A stretch of DNA of 64,000 nt from the IMG/VR virus record IMGVR_UViG_3300037245_001320, positions 90,019-154,018 of that record, one strand, 5' to 3'. Each line of letters starts with the position of its first letter. Within the stretch, counting starts at the first letter, position 1. Shown here piece by piece: positions 1 to 8,909 of the stretch. This DNA is from a virus. The notes under the pieces were generated by a model, which saw only the letters and a list, made by a program, of their open reading frames with translations, was not told the DNA's origin and made no database searches. The position numbers and the translations under genes were made by a program.

Positions 1-12
1 AATCCTGAAATA

Positions 13-363
13 GTGCGTTTGAATGTTTTGGGGTTAGGTATAATAGGTGTCTTATATATTTACACATCTTTTAACCTTTACTTTGCTAAAATAATACAAA
101 CACTGTTACTGTTTGTGTATGGCAGTGTAGCATTTTTGTATAACGATGGGAATGTACTAGTCTCTATGTTCTGCTTCTATATTAGTGGGGAGCTAATGAG
201 GAAGTACTACCCAAAGAAATACATAAATATGTTTGTACTTGGTTCAATTTACATAACTTTTGCTGTGTTAGCAGGCTGGACTTTTTTCCATATCATAGGG
301 AGTGTTCTCATGTACTCGGCACTAACTATCATCATTTACATTATACAAAACGACAAAGTATAA
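13..363 (+). CDS. Multi-pass membrane protein, possibly 5'-truncated by the window edge
   Basis: Several hydrophobic stretches; no recognised motif. Confidence 0.55.
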   Translation: MRLNVLGLGIIGVLYIYTSFNLYFAKIIQTLLLFVYGSVAFLYNDGNVLVSMFCFYISGELMRKYYPKKYINMFVLGSIYITFAVLAGWTFFHIIGSVLMYSALTIIIYIIQNDKV

Positions 364-508
364 AATTAAATAAGGTTGGGACAACTCCCGTAAAAGGCAC
401 TAAGTTCTTTCCTTTTCTTAAATCAGAAAACTACATGAATCAGTTCATGAAAATATATAAACAAAACTAACACAAGAAGTAAAAAATTACTTCAAAAGGA
501 GAAATAAT

Positions 509-760
509 ATGACTTTTGGACAAGGTGTAATAACAACACTAAACAATCAAACAGGTAATTGGAGTGCTACTTACAAAGGAAAGATGCAATCATTTGGTAT
601 ATATAATTGTACTGAGGAAACAACTATTGTTTTAAATGCAGGAGAACTAACAGAGGTGACTGTGATAACAAGTGATGCATGGGATGATGACATCTATAAT
701 GGATTTAATACAATAGATATCACAACAACTGGAACATATAATTTAGTAATAAGGGGGTAA
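509..760 (+). CDS. Small putative virion structural protein
   Basis: AAAGGAG RBS; Thr/Gly-rich beta-type composition; abuts the tail-fibre-like gene. Confidence 0.55.
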   Translation: MTFGQGVITTLNNQTGNWSATYKGKMQSFGIYNCTEETTIVLNAGELTEVTVITSDAWDDDIYNGFNTIDITTTGTYNLVIRG

Positions 761-762
761 TA

Positions 763-3700
763 ATGGCAGGGAATAAAGCATGGGGTGCAGGTGGATCAGG
801 ATCAGGATCGCTATCACCGTTAGAACAAAGACTAATAGAAGAATGGACAAATAATATTGTAACCTATTATGGTGATCCAGACACTCCATTAGAAGGGGAT
901 GTTAAAATAATACTAGAAGCAGGCGATTTAAACGGATACAGATACGAATCGGCAGTATGGGTTTTAAAATCAACCCTAGTAGGAGATTCTATATACACAG
1001 ATAGATTTGTATGTGTGGGTGATTTATTTAAAGGGTTATATAACGGTGAAGACTCAATGGTTCGTCTAGCCACGACTCTAGCTAAAACATTAGTTACAGG
1101 GGACACAGACTATAACCAAGTCCTAACAGGTGTAGGGGATTTACTATGGGTGGAGAGTGATGGAGTCCTAGAACATTCTATTCCGCAACCATTATTCGAC
1201 GAAGAAGTAACAACAGACTTTATGGAGTTCTGTACAGATCCATCTGAATATGAAAAAGTTATACAATCTAAATTTATGGTAACACATGCAACAGCTACTG
1301 AAGTTAAAATGAGATGGACAGCCCATTTAGATGTTGCAAAAACTAATCTAATTTATGAATCATGTACAGAGTTTGACTATAATAATGCTATTGGTCAATG
1401 TATGTTAGATATAACCACAGGTTTATTTTTTATAGAGAAACCATTGTATCTTAGTGATCTTGGTGGAGCAAAAGTGTATTATACTATTTACACAGAGTTC
1501 CCTATAACGTATAAAGGGCACACTGTTGACCCTGGAGGAGCTAACGAGCAATACTACCCATACAACGAGCAGTGGGACTATAATGCTGTAGGTAAAATAG
1601 TTGCAATGCAGGATTGGGTTGATGAGTATTCAGTAATGAAAGACGACACAGATACGACAGAAATGCAATTTGTATCAACTAACCCAGATTTAGATGTAGA
1701 TCCAACGCTATTAGGAACTAGAGAAGTTTTAAAACAGTATATTGATAACGCTGTTTCAGCATCTTTAGAGTATAAAGGAGGTTACGATGCATCACTAAAC
1801 ATTCCTAATCTAACAATAGCACCTACAGGAGTTTTACTAGGCTATTTCTACACAGTTACAGTAGCAGGAACATTTTTTACAGCCGATGTACTCGTAGGAG
1901 ATGCACTAATAGCAGAAGTAGACGATCCTTCAGTCGAAGCAGATTGGACTATTCTTAATAGAGGTTTAGATGCACCAACTGTTAAAACTTTATATGAATC
2001 TAATCCAGATACAAATGCTTTCCAAGATGCTGAAAAAACTAAATTAGGTACAGTAGAAACAAACGCAGAACCAAATAATATATCAGACATTAGCGCAACT
2101 GATTTAACGGATTTAGGGGATACAGCATTACACTATCACTCTACAGATAGAGCAAGAGTAAATCATACAGGCACTCAAACAGCTTCAACTATATCTGATT
2201 TTGATACAGAAGTCTCTAACAACACTTCGGTAGCGGATAATACAACTCATAGATCTTCTGATGGTAAAGACCATTCAGATGTAGTTACAAACAATGCAAA
2301 AGTTTCTTTTCCAGAAGCTCCAATAGATGGTGAAAGAAAAACTAGACTGGATGGTGCATGGGTAGCAGAATCTATAGCTTTAACAGATGAGCCAACTGGA
2401 TTCCTATTAGACGCTACTACAGGTGAAATAGATTTAGAAAGTTCTGAATTACTGTTTGTTGATGGAACAAGAACATTTACTATTCAACCTAAGAATCCCG
2501 CAACAGAGTTTTCTATTATACAAAGTGGTAAATTATCAACTTTTAACTCTGCACAAGACATCATAATATCAGACACAGAAGGGGTACATTATATCTATTT
2601 TAAAGAAGGTATTCTATATGAAACAACTGCATTTGATATATCTATAATTTATTCTAATGTTTTTGTTTCTGCTTTATACTGGGATGTACCTAATCAAGAA
2701 GCAATATATATCGGAGAGGAACGACATGGATGTAAAATGGATGGTCATACTCATACGAGATTACACCAAAAAGATGGAACTATTTATTTAATAGGTCTAG
2801 GCATAAACGATTTCGATCTAGGTAATGGTAGTCAAGATGTTCACGCTCAGTTCAGTATAGGTTCAGGACAGATAAAAGATGAAGACATCCTAATAACTAG
2901 AGATACAATATCTTCCACAGTTGGATGTCCTATATTCTATAAATCAGGTGCCACAGGTATCTGGAGAAGAGAGTTCAATGCAGGATTTAGTGTTCTTAAT
3001 GCTCTTGCGGGAAATAACAGGTTAGTTTGGAATGAGGATGTTGCAGGAACATGGCAGAAAACAGAAGTAGCAAACAACGATTATGTTCTTTGTCACATAT
3101 TTACCTCTAATGATATTAACTACCCATTCTTTGCGATTATGGGGCAGGCTGACTATGATAAAAAAGGGGATGCAAGAGAAGGTGCTTTAGTAGAGATAAA
3201 CAACTTAATCATGGCAGGGCTGCCATTTGCAGAGTTTGTTGCCACAGGAACAGTTATATTTAAAACAGCCGATGGTTACACTAATGCTGTAAAAGCTAAG
3301 ATAGAAACTACAGACGAAGGTGAAGATTATGTAGATTGGAGAAATAGTGGAATATCCCCTTCAAGTGGTACAGATGTAATTCAACATAATCTAACTGCTG
3401 GAAAGCAAGGTGGGACGATAAACGAGTATTATCATTTAACTGATCTAGAATTAGTAAAGCTTACAGGTATTGAAGATGGAGCACAGGTAAACGTTTATGG
3501 TACAGAGTTTGAAAGAGTTGAATCCTTATCTGAATCCAGCACTAATACAACACAGCTAGATAAAATAGATATGACCTCAGCAATGAAGCCAGCAGGAACT
3601 TACTTAGTAACTGCTAATTTTCAGATTACTAATGATAGATCAGGTAAAGAGGCTGTAGGAATTGTAACAATTAATGGTGTGGTCGCTCATCACCATACTG

Positions 3701-3882
3701 AGGGAATTAACGGAATCGTTCATATGCCTTGGAATGGGAAAGAGTGGATAACTGCTATGGTTATGATGACAGTAGTACTCCCTGCTCCAGCAACAATTCC
3801 TGCTAAGATTTCTTATTACTCAGGAAGTTCTGATTTATGTAGAATATCGGATGCATCCATAACTATAATAAGAGTTACATAA
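763..3882 (+). CDS. Tail fibre / virion structural protein (1039 aa)
   Basis: Acidic and T/G/D-rich; YKGGYDAS..P...YTVTVAG and RARVNHTGTQTASTISDF tail-protein motifs; fibritin-foldon-like PEAPIDG..TRLDGAWV. Confidence 0.7.
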   Translation: MAGNKAWGAGGSGSGSLSPLEQRLIEEWTNNIVTYYGDPDTPLEGDVKIILEAGDLNGYRYESAVWVLKSTLVGDSIYTDRFVCVGDLFKGLYNGEDSMVRLATTLAKTLVTGDTDYNQVLTGVGDLLWVESDGVLEHSIPQPLFDEEVTTDFMEFCTDPSEYEKVIQSKFMVTHATATEVKMRWTAHLDVAKTNLIYESCTEFDYNNAIGQCMLDITTGLFFIEKPLYLSDLGGAKVYYTIYTEFPITYKGHTVDPGGANEQYYPYNEQWDYNAVGKIVAMQDWVDEYSVMKDDTDTTEMQFVSTNPDLDVDPTLLGTREVLKQYIDNAVSASLEYKGGYDASLNIPNLTIAPTGVLLGYFYTVTVAGTFFTADVLVGDALIAEVDDPSVEADWTILNRGLDAPTVKTLYESNPDTNAFQDAEKTKLGTVETNAEPNNISDISATDLTDLGDTALHYHSTDRARVNHTGTQTASTISDFDTEVSNNTSVADNTTHRSSDGKDHSDVVTNNAKVSFPEAPIDGERKTRLDGAWVAESIALTDEPTGFLLDATTGEIDLESSELLFVDGTRTFTIQPKNPATEFSIIQSGKLSTFNSAQDIIISDTEGVHYIYFKEGILYETTAFDISIIYSNVFVSALYWDVPNQEAIYIGEERHGCKMDGHTHTRLHQKDGTIYLIGLGINDFDLGNGSQDVHAQFSIGSGQIKDEDILITRDTISSTVGCPIFYKSGATGIWRREFNAGFSVLNALAGNNRLVWNEDVAGTWQKTEVANNDYVLCHIFTSNDINYPFFAIMGQADYDKKGDAREGALVEINNLIMAGLPFAEFVATGTVIFKTADGYTNAVKAKIETTDEGEDYVDWRNSGISPSSGTDVIQHNLTAGKQGGTINEYYHLTDLELVKLTGIEDGAQVNVYGTEFERVESLSESSTNTTQLDKIDMTSAMKPAGTYLVTANFQITNDRSGKEAVGIVTINGVVAHHHTEGINGIVHMPWNGKEWITAMVMMTVVLPAPATIPAKISYYSGSSDLCRISDASITIIRVT

Positions 3883-3890
3883 ACAAGGAG

Positions 3891-3921
3891 AAAACCCTCT
3901 TGTTAATCTGAGAGGGCTTTT
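3891..3921 (+). terminator. Intrinsic terminator-like hairpin (CCCTCT-N10-AGAGGG)
   Basis: Stem flanked by A and T runs. Confidence 0.6.
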
Positions 3922-3944
3922 GTTTAAACCAGAAGGAGAAATAA

Positions 3945-4706
3945 ATGACAATAACTAAAACATACCCATTTACTACGGATACTAATTATACTTATGATCC
4001 ATTAAAAGTAGTGATAACAAATGGAGAGGCTTCATTACTAGATCTCGGTGGAGGAACATATGCAACAGATAATCCAACTATAGTCTTTAATGATGAATTA
4101 CCTTTAGATGAATTACAATCATTTATAGAAACAAGTACTAAGGCAGGATTAGATGAGGTGAAATTTACGCTATCTAAGGAAGGGGTTGAGTATTATTACT
4201 CAGGGTCATGGGTTGTGAGTAATGGGACATATACAGAAGCAAACTTAGCGAGTGAGATAGAAACAAATAAGGCCTCCTTCACATCACTAGGAACTATAAC
4301 AAGTATAAAGATGTTTTTACACTCAGATGATGGTACAACAACACCCTCCGTAGACCTTATCTCTGTAGATTATAATTTTGTTCCTGTTGAGGAAACAATT
4401 CCAACAACTTTACTATATTGGTATGCAAAACATACAAATGCAGCGGATGATACAGCTATAGCCACTATTGAACTTACAAATTCCGTAGTTAAATATGGAA
4501 TACAGACAACTATAACAAAAGAAGCTATAGAGATTCAGCCAAATAGGGGCCTTTATCAGGTAGAAATAGTGGATACCCAAAATATGGAAACAGATGCTAG
4601 TTCAAATCAGCAAACATACACACTAGTCATGGGCGGACAGACATTTACTTTACATATTCCTGCACTTGATTCTGTTAACCTCTATGATAGTGGAATAATA
4701 GTATAA
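3945..4706 (+). CDS. Putative virion structural protein
   Basis: AAGGAG RBS; Thr-rich beta-type composition; located in the tail module. Confidence 0.55.
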   Translation: MTITKTYPFTTDTNYTYDPLKVVITNGEASLLDLGGGTYATDNPTIVFNDELPLDELQSFIETSTKAGLDEVKFTLSKEGVEYYYSGSWVVSNGTYTEANLASEIETNKASFTSLGTITSIKMFLHSDDGTTTPSVDLISVDYNFVPVEETIPTTLLYWYAKHTNAADDTAIATIELTNSVVKYGIQTTITKEAIEIQPNRGLYQVEIVDTQNMETDASSNQQTYTLVMGGQTFTLHIPALDSVNLYDSGIIV

Positions 4707-4709
4707 ACT

Positions 4710-4746
4710 AAAAACCCTCTCAGATTAACGAGAGGGTTTTTTTATT
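4710..4746 (+). terminator. Intrinsic (bidirectional) terminator
   Basis: AAAAACCCTC...GAGGGTTTTTTT. Confidence 0.8.
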
Positions 4747-4958
4747 TACTGTACTTCCTGTAAAAATTTAATTAAACATTCCCGACAATAACTCATAGAT
4801 CTAAGAAGTCGTGCTTCATTGTCTGTTGTGTGTTTACCTTTATGTGTATAAGTTAATACAACATACTAATTAGGATTGTTGTGACTTAGAGACACCCGCT
4901 GTGTCTCATCATGCATTAGGGTGATCGGTCAAGGGTATTATTTGTATATACCCGAAAA

Positions 4959-4979
4959 AAATTCCCACTATGGTATAAT
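4959..4979 (+). promoter_or_regulatory. Phage-specific promoter AAATTCCCACTATGGTATAAT upstream of the lysis cassette
   Basis: 21-mer recurs five times; contains an extended -10 (TG-G-TATAAT) and no TTGACA. Confidence 0.75.
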
Positions 4980-4984
4980 GAGAT

Positions 4985-5623
4985 ATGAAAGAAAATATAT
5001 TAAAACAAGCAAGAACAGAATGGAATAAAGAAAAAGGTCAAGGGTATAGACATAAGAATACCGATTATAACTTACTAAATAAAGGTGATGGGAAGTATAG
5101 TATCTTTATACATGCTTCGGGAGATATTAAAAAAGACAAGGTGGACTGGGTAAGAAATTTCTCAGCGTGGCCTGTAAAGTATAAGATGGGTAATGAAACA
5201 TTTTATATTCATGCAGGGTTTTTATCTGCTTTTAGGGAACTACTATTTGATCTAATGCCAAGGATAAAAGAAGCTAAAGAAGTGGAAATTTCAGGAACAA
5301 GCTTGGGAGGAGCAATTGCACAAATTCTAAATGTATATCTACAATTAGAAACAGATATAAAAGTCAATTCAGTCACAACATTTGGATCTCCTAAACCATT
5401 CTTAGATTATGGAAGAGGGTATGTAATAGCATTGTGTTTAAGTGCAGGAAATACACATTACAGAATTTCTAAGGATATAGTTCCAGATCTTCCATGGTTT
5501 TATGGGAGTGTAGGAACAAGAGTACAAATTAAAACAGATAACAAGGTTAGAAGTATTATGGAATTCTTATTCAGAGGATTTTATGATCACGCTAGTTATT
5601 GGAAGGAATTGAAAGATGAGTAG
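4985..5623 (+). CDS. Class-3 lipase (alpha/beta hydrolase)
   Basis: IHAGF, GTSLGGA nucleophile elbow, TFGSP, DIVP (Asp), C-terminal DH (His). Confidence 0.85.
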   Translation: MKENILKQARTEWNKEKGQGYRHKNTDYNLLNKGDGKYSIFIHASGDIKKDKVDWVRNFSAWPVKYKMGNETFYIHAGFLSAFRELLFDLMPRIKEAKEVEISGTSLGGAIAQILNVYLQLETDIKVNSVTTFGSPKPFLDYGRGYVIALCLSAGNTHYRISKDIVPDLPWFYGSVGTRVQIKTDNKVRSIMEFLFRGFYDHASYWKELKDE

Positions 5624-6104
5624 ATTAAGAAATAGAGACGATGTATACAATGTAGAAAGCGGAGAAGTATTACTAATATTAACCACAGGAGCATATGGTA
5701 TACATGTTTATATAAGACATGAAGATGACAGTACAGCTATGTATGCACATTTAGCAAGCACAAACCTAAAAGTGGGAGACATTGTTAAAGGATCAGATTT
5801 AATTGGTGTTATGGGGGAAACAGGTAATTGTCCATCAGGGATACATTTGCACATATCCTACTTTGGTAAGTATGCTAAAGAGTTGAGAGGAGAACATGCA
5901 AATGATCCAACTTTTTGGATACAATTATCAGGTAATTGGCCAACCAACACCATGGTTTCTGGGGGATTTCATGCTTTATACAAGGACGCTGATGGGAATG
6001 AGTATGAGCATGAAGGGATAGATCTATACTATACTAAGTTAATTGATAATTGGCAAGCAGGAAATATTGATCCAATGATACAAGATATGAGGATAGTTAA
6101 ATGA
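5616..6104 (+). CDS. M23 peptidase endolysin, circularly permuted
   Basis: YAHL..VGD.V..G..G.TG...GIHLH, followed downstream by WP..VS.GF...HEGIDL. Confidence 0.85.
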   Translation: MSRLRNRDDVYNVESGEVLLILTTGAYGIHVYIRHEDDSTAMYAHLASTNLKVGDIVKGSDLIGVMGETGNCPSGIHLHISYFGKYAKELRGEHANDPTFWIQLSGNWPTNTMVSGGFHALYKDADGNEYEHEGIDLYYTKLIDNWQAGNIDPMIQDMRIVK

Positions 6105-6340
6105 AAAATATAAAATATTTTCTAAAACAATTATTGAGTAAATCAGGCTCTATATCATCTAAGATCACATTTGGAATAATTCTAATAATAAATGCTATAG
6201 TTCTAGCCTATGTAAAACCTATAGATCAAAACTTAATAACACTAATTAACTCATTTTTGCTCTCGGGATCAGGATTATTGGGTGTGAGTATAGCATCAGA
6301 TATAGTTACAAAGATAGGGAAGGGAAAGGATGACAAATGA
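6101..6340 (+). CDS. Holin-like protein
   Basis: 79 aa, two TM helices, charged C-terminus, follows the endolysin. Confidence 0.7.
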   Translation: MKNIKYFLKQLLSKSGSISSKITFGIILIINAIVLAYVKPIDQNLITLINSFLLSGSGLLGVSIASDIVTKIGKGKDDK

Positions 6341-6788
6341 TAAAATTAAAACAAAGGCTATTATCATTATTAGTATTGTATTGCTTCTTAGCCTCATCTG
6401 TAATGGCTACTTCCTTGGAAATTCCAGTGGAGATCAGTCAGAGCAACTTAAGCTCTATGAAGAACTTAATCGTAAATCTAACATCACAGAGGGATTACTT
6501 ACAGACAGAATTACAAGAAGTGAGGAAGAACTTAACACAAGCAGAGAGTTATCAGAACAGCTCAGAGAAACTGTCGGGAATCTCAAGGAGCTTAACTCAA
6601 GAAGAGAGTCAGTTGATCGAATCGCTGAGGCTCTCAGTGGTAAGCTTAGAGGAGTCCTTGTCAAAAGTATCCTTAGAATTGACACAGGCGAAGCTAGACT
6701 TAACCGATTACAAGAAGCTGAACAAAGAGAAAGACAAACTTTATCAGGACTCCTTGGATCAGATAGTGGTGGTGAAGAAAAAAACTAA
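6330..6788 (+). CDS. i-spanin-like protein (N-terminal TM anchor plus coiled coil)
   Basis: IIIISIVLLLSLIC anchor, heptad-like periplasmic region, lysis context. Confidence 0.6.
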   Translation: MTNDKIKTKAIIIISIVLLLSLICNGYFLGNSSGDQSEQLKLYEELNRKSNITEGLLTDRITRSEEELNTSRELSEQLRETVGNLKELNSRRESVDRIAEALSGKLRGVLVKSILRIDTGEARLNRLQEAEQRERQTLSGLLGSDSGGEEKN

Positions 6789-6870
6789 ATTCTGGCAAGT
6801 CCTCTCAGGAATATTTTCAATAGCATCTTTTATATTTGGAGGCTACCTTGGAATGCAACTTGCTCCATAA
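6337..6870 (+). CDS. Overlapping spanin-partner-like protein (signal peptide, coiled coil, C-terminal TM)
   Basis: +1 frame overlap with 6330..6788; signal-like N-terminus; FWQVLSGIFSIASFIFGGYLG C-terminal TM. Confidence 0.55.
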   Translation: MIKLKQRLLSLLVLYCFLASSVMATSLEIPVEISQSNLSSMKNLIVNLTSQRDYLQTELQEVRKNLTQAESYQNSSEKLSGISRSLTQEESQLIESLRLSVVSLEESLSKVSLELTQAKLDLTDYKKLNKEKDKLYQDSLDQIVVVKKKTKFWQVLSGIFSIASFIFGGYLGMQLAP

Positions 6871-6872
6871 AC

Positions 6873-7127
6873 GAGCATACAACGATCAAATACACATAGT
6901 CAACAAATCATACCACTAACAACAAAAGACCGCTCAGAGATCGATTAAGCATCCTTCTCAGCGGTCTTTTCTTTATATCAGCACTTAATAAAACACTACC
7001 CCTATAATAACATTACCTACAAACACATTTAACGAAAAAGAGCCTGTGAGCTCCCCAAACAATAAAAAGGTAAAATCATACCACTTCTTATCAAAGATCG
7101 CTTACAGGCTCAGTCAGACGCATAGAA
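6873..7127 (+). repeat. Two copies of a TACC-core fixed-spacing element (third copy at 53664-53750, - strand)
   Basis: Shared AAATCATACCACT core; AAAGAYCGCT with the CGCT 20 nt after TACC. Confidence 0.65.
6924..6974. terminator. Bidirectional terminator between convergent modules
   Basis: AAAAGACCGCT...AGCGGTCTTTT inverted repeat. Confidence 0.6.
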
Positions 7128-7436
7128 TCAAGTATTATTATGTAACGCTAGGATAATTTCTTCCTTAGCACTTCTTATTTCCTTAGTCAACTTCCGTAAC
7201 ATATCTGGTTGGGAAGAGCTCATCTTATCAATCAGCATCCTATCGTAAAGATTCTCTAATGCAGACTCATAATTTTTATGATAAGACATAGAACTATTCA
7301 ATATCTTCTCTTTCCCTTTATCCTCTCCTGACTGTACAACTGTTAACTTACCTACAATTATATTCAAAGGAATCTGAGAGATAGCATACTCTCCAAATCT
7401 TAATAAAGCTTGTGTTTCTCTTGATGGATTACTCAT
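7128..7436 (-). CDS. Hypothetical protein
   Basis: GGAGG RBS; coupled to the upstream gene. Confidence 0.6.
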   Translation of the reverse strand: MSNPSRETQALLRFGEYAISQIPLNIIVGKLTVVQSGEDKGKEKILNSSMSYHKNYESALENLYDRMLIDKMSSSQPDMLRKLTKEIRSAKEEIILALHNNT

Positions 7437-7825
7437 AAGCCTCCCATCCTTTTGTTATTTCCATTAGCATATTCTAATAACCTTCCGAGCTCTTCACTAA
7501 TGGGTAAGAACCAATCTAAGGGAAAACTATTGTGTCTCCTCTGTTGTAAATCTTCTCCTTCATAATTATAAATACCCTCCAGTACACCAAACCTATCTTT
7601 AGATATATGCTTTACCTTTGCATAGAAGGGTTCTCCAGCAGAGGGAATATGTACCTGACACCATTCCCCAACAGATACTTCTTTCTTACTCAATGCTATA
7701 TTACTATTTACTTTTATTCTTTCCTGAATAGCTTCGATGTTCTCAAAAGGATATCTAATCCCATTCTCAACAATGTTCTTAATCTTCTCTAGATCTTCAT
7801 TGATCTGCTTCTTTACTTTTTGCAT
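7433..7825 (-). CDS. Hypothetical protein
   Basis: RBS; overlaps neighbours. Confidence 0.6.
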   Translation of the reverse strand: MQKVKKQINEDLEKIKNIVENGIRYPFENIEAIQERIKVNSNIALSKKEVSVGEWCQVHIPSAGEPFYAKVKHISKDRFGVLEGIYNYEGEDLQQRRHNSFPLDWFLPISEELGRLLEYANGNNKRMGGL

Positions 7826-8808
7826 ATTATCTCTCCTACGTTCCCTATTATTTTAAGTGTCTCCACTTCTTTTAAAATCTCTTCTAAATTATGTTCAACA
7901 ACGAGAGAATAATCTATAAAACAATATTTTTCATGATTTTCTTTTTTTGGCCAAATCCTCATATTTGTAGGACAGTTACATAATTGCATCAATCTCTTAA
8001 TCTCATTTTTATGTTTTTTCTCAGATAAAGTTAAAATAATGTCTCTAAAATAACTTAAAGGTATGATGTGATCTATGTGGTATTTATTGGAATCTTTATT
8101 ATAGTCCTTCCAAGTATACAATCCTTTATTGAATTGTTTTATATAATCCTCCCAAGAATATCCATTATCATAAATAATATCTTTAGTATGAAAGTCTTCC
8201 TGATTCTGTAAGTGTCTCCGTATACGCTTACAGAATTTCCTTAATTTCCTATTCATCTTGCCTTTTGGTGAATTGTTATAGGCTTTTGTGGTCCTCCTTC
8301 CTTGCTCAGACTCCCGATAACCTTTTGCTTTTTTCTTCCCTTCCTCTGTTTGTGCTCTTTTCCTGTTTCTTTCTTTGACTTCAGGCCGAGAATGATACTC
8401 TTTAGCATACTCTGGACAATATTTGGCAGGTGTTGTTAATTTGTATAGGTTTTCCCATGTTTGGTGTAATTCTTTATTGTTTTTATGGTCATAGAATAAC
8501 AGTAGTGCATTTGTGCTTTTTCGTTCTTCTGTTGAAAGTAACTTAAATCGTCCTCCTTTTTTGAGCAATATTGCATGCATATCTAGTAAAGAAAGCTTCT
8601 GCATACCTTTACGAGCACACATAATACAATTAGATCTGTTGTTTAGTACTTCAGAAACGGTGTTATTCCAACTATGTCCGCACCCATCAACCAAACACTC
8701 CCACTCCAGTACTTCTCCCGCTATCTTATATTCCTCAGAGACTAATTTTATATTTCGTCCCTCCAACCTAGTCTCAATTTCTTTTTTTGTTGTTAATTTT
8801 CTTCCCAA
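7813..8808 (-). CDS. Free-standing HNH endonuclease with N-terminal Zn-ribbon
   Basis: WEC..CGHSW..C..C; HIDHIIPL...NMRIW...NHEK. Confidence 0.8.
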   Translation of the reverse strand: MGRKLTTKKEIETRLEGRNIKLVSEEYKIAGEVLEWECLVDGCGHSWNNTVSEVLNNRSNCIMCARKGMQKLSLLDMHAILLKKGGRFKLLSTEERKSTNALLLFYDHKNNKELHQTWENLYKLTTPAKYCPEYAKEYHSRPEVKERNRKRAQTEEGKKKAKGYRESEQGRRTTKAYNNSPKGKMNRKLRKFCKRIRRHLQNQEDFHTKDIIYDNGYSWEDYIKQFNKGLYTWKDYNKDSNKYHIDHIIPLSYFRDIILTLSEKKHKNEIKRLMQLCNCPTNMRIWPKKENHEKYCFIDYSLVVEHNLEEILKEVETLKIIGNVGEIICKK

Positions 8809-8878
8809 TTATTTTACTTCCTTTTGTTCTGTTATATTAAATTTAAAAAGGCAGAAGATAAAACTACCTCTGCCTCTT

Positions 8879-8899
8879 ATTATACCATAGTGGGAATTT
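8879..8899 (-). promoter_or_regulatory. CCCACTATGGTATAAT promoter
   Basis: Exact copy of the 21-mer. Confidence 0.75.
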
Positions 8900-8909
8900 A
8901 TTTTAGTAT

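Noticed and set aside
4880-4915. Hammerhead ribozyme (UGAUGA plus stem on the - strand)
   Set aside because: Lacks the CUGAUGA/GAAA core and the flanking stems.
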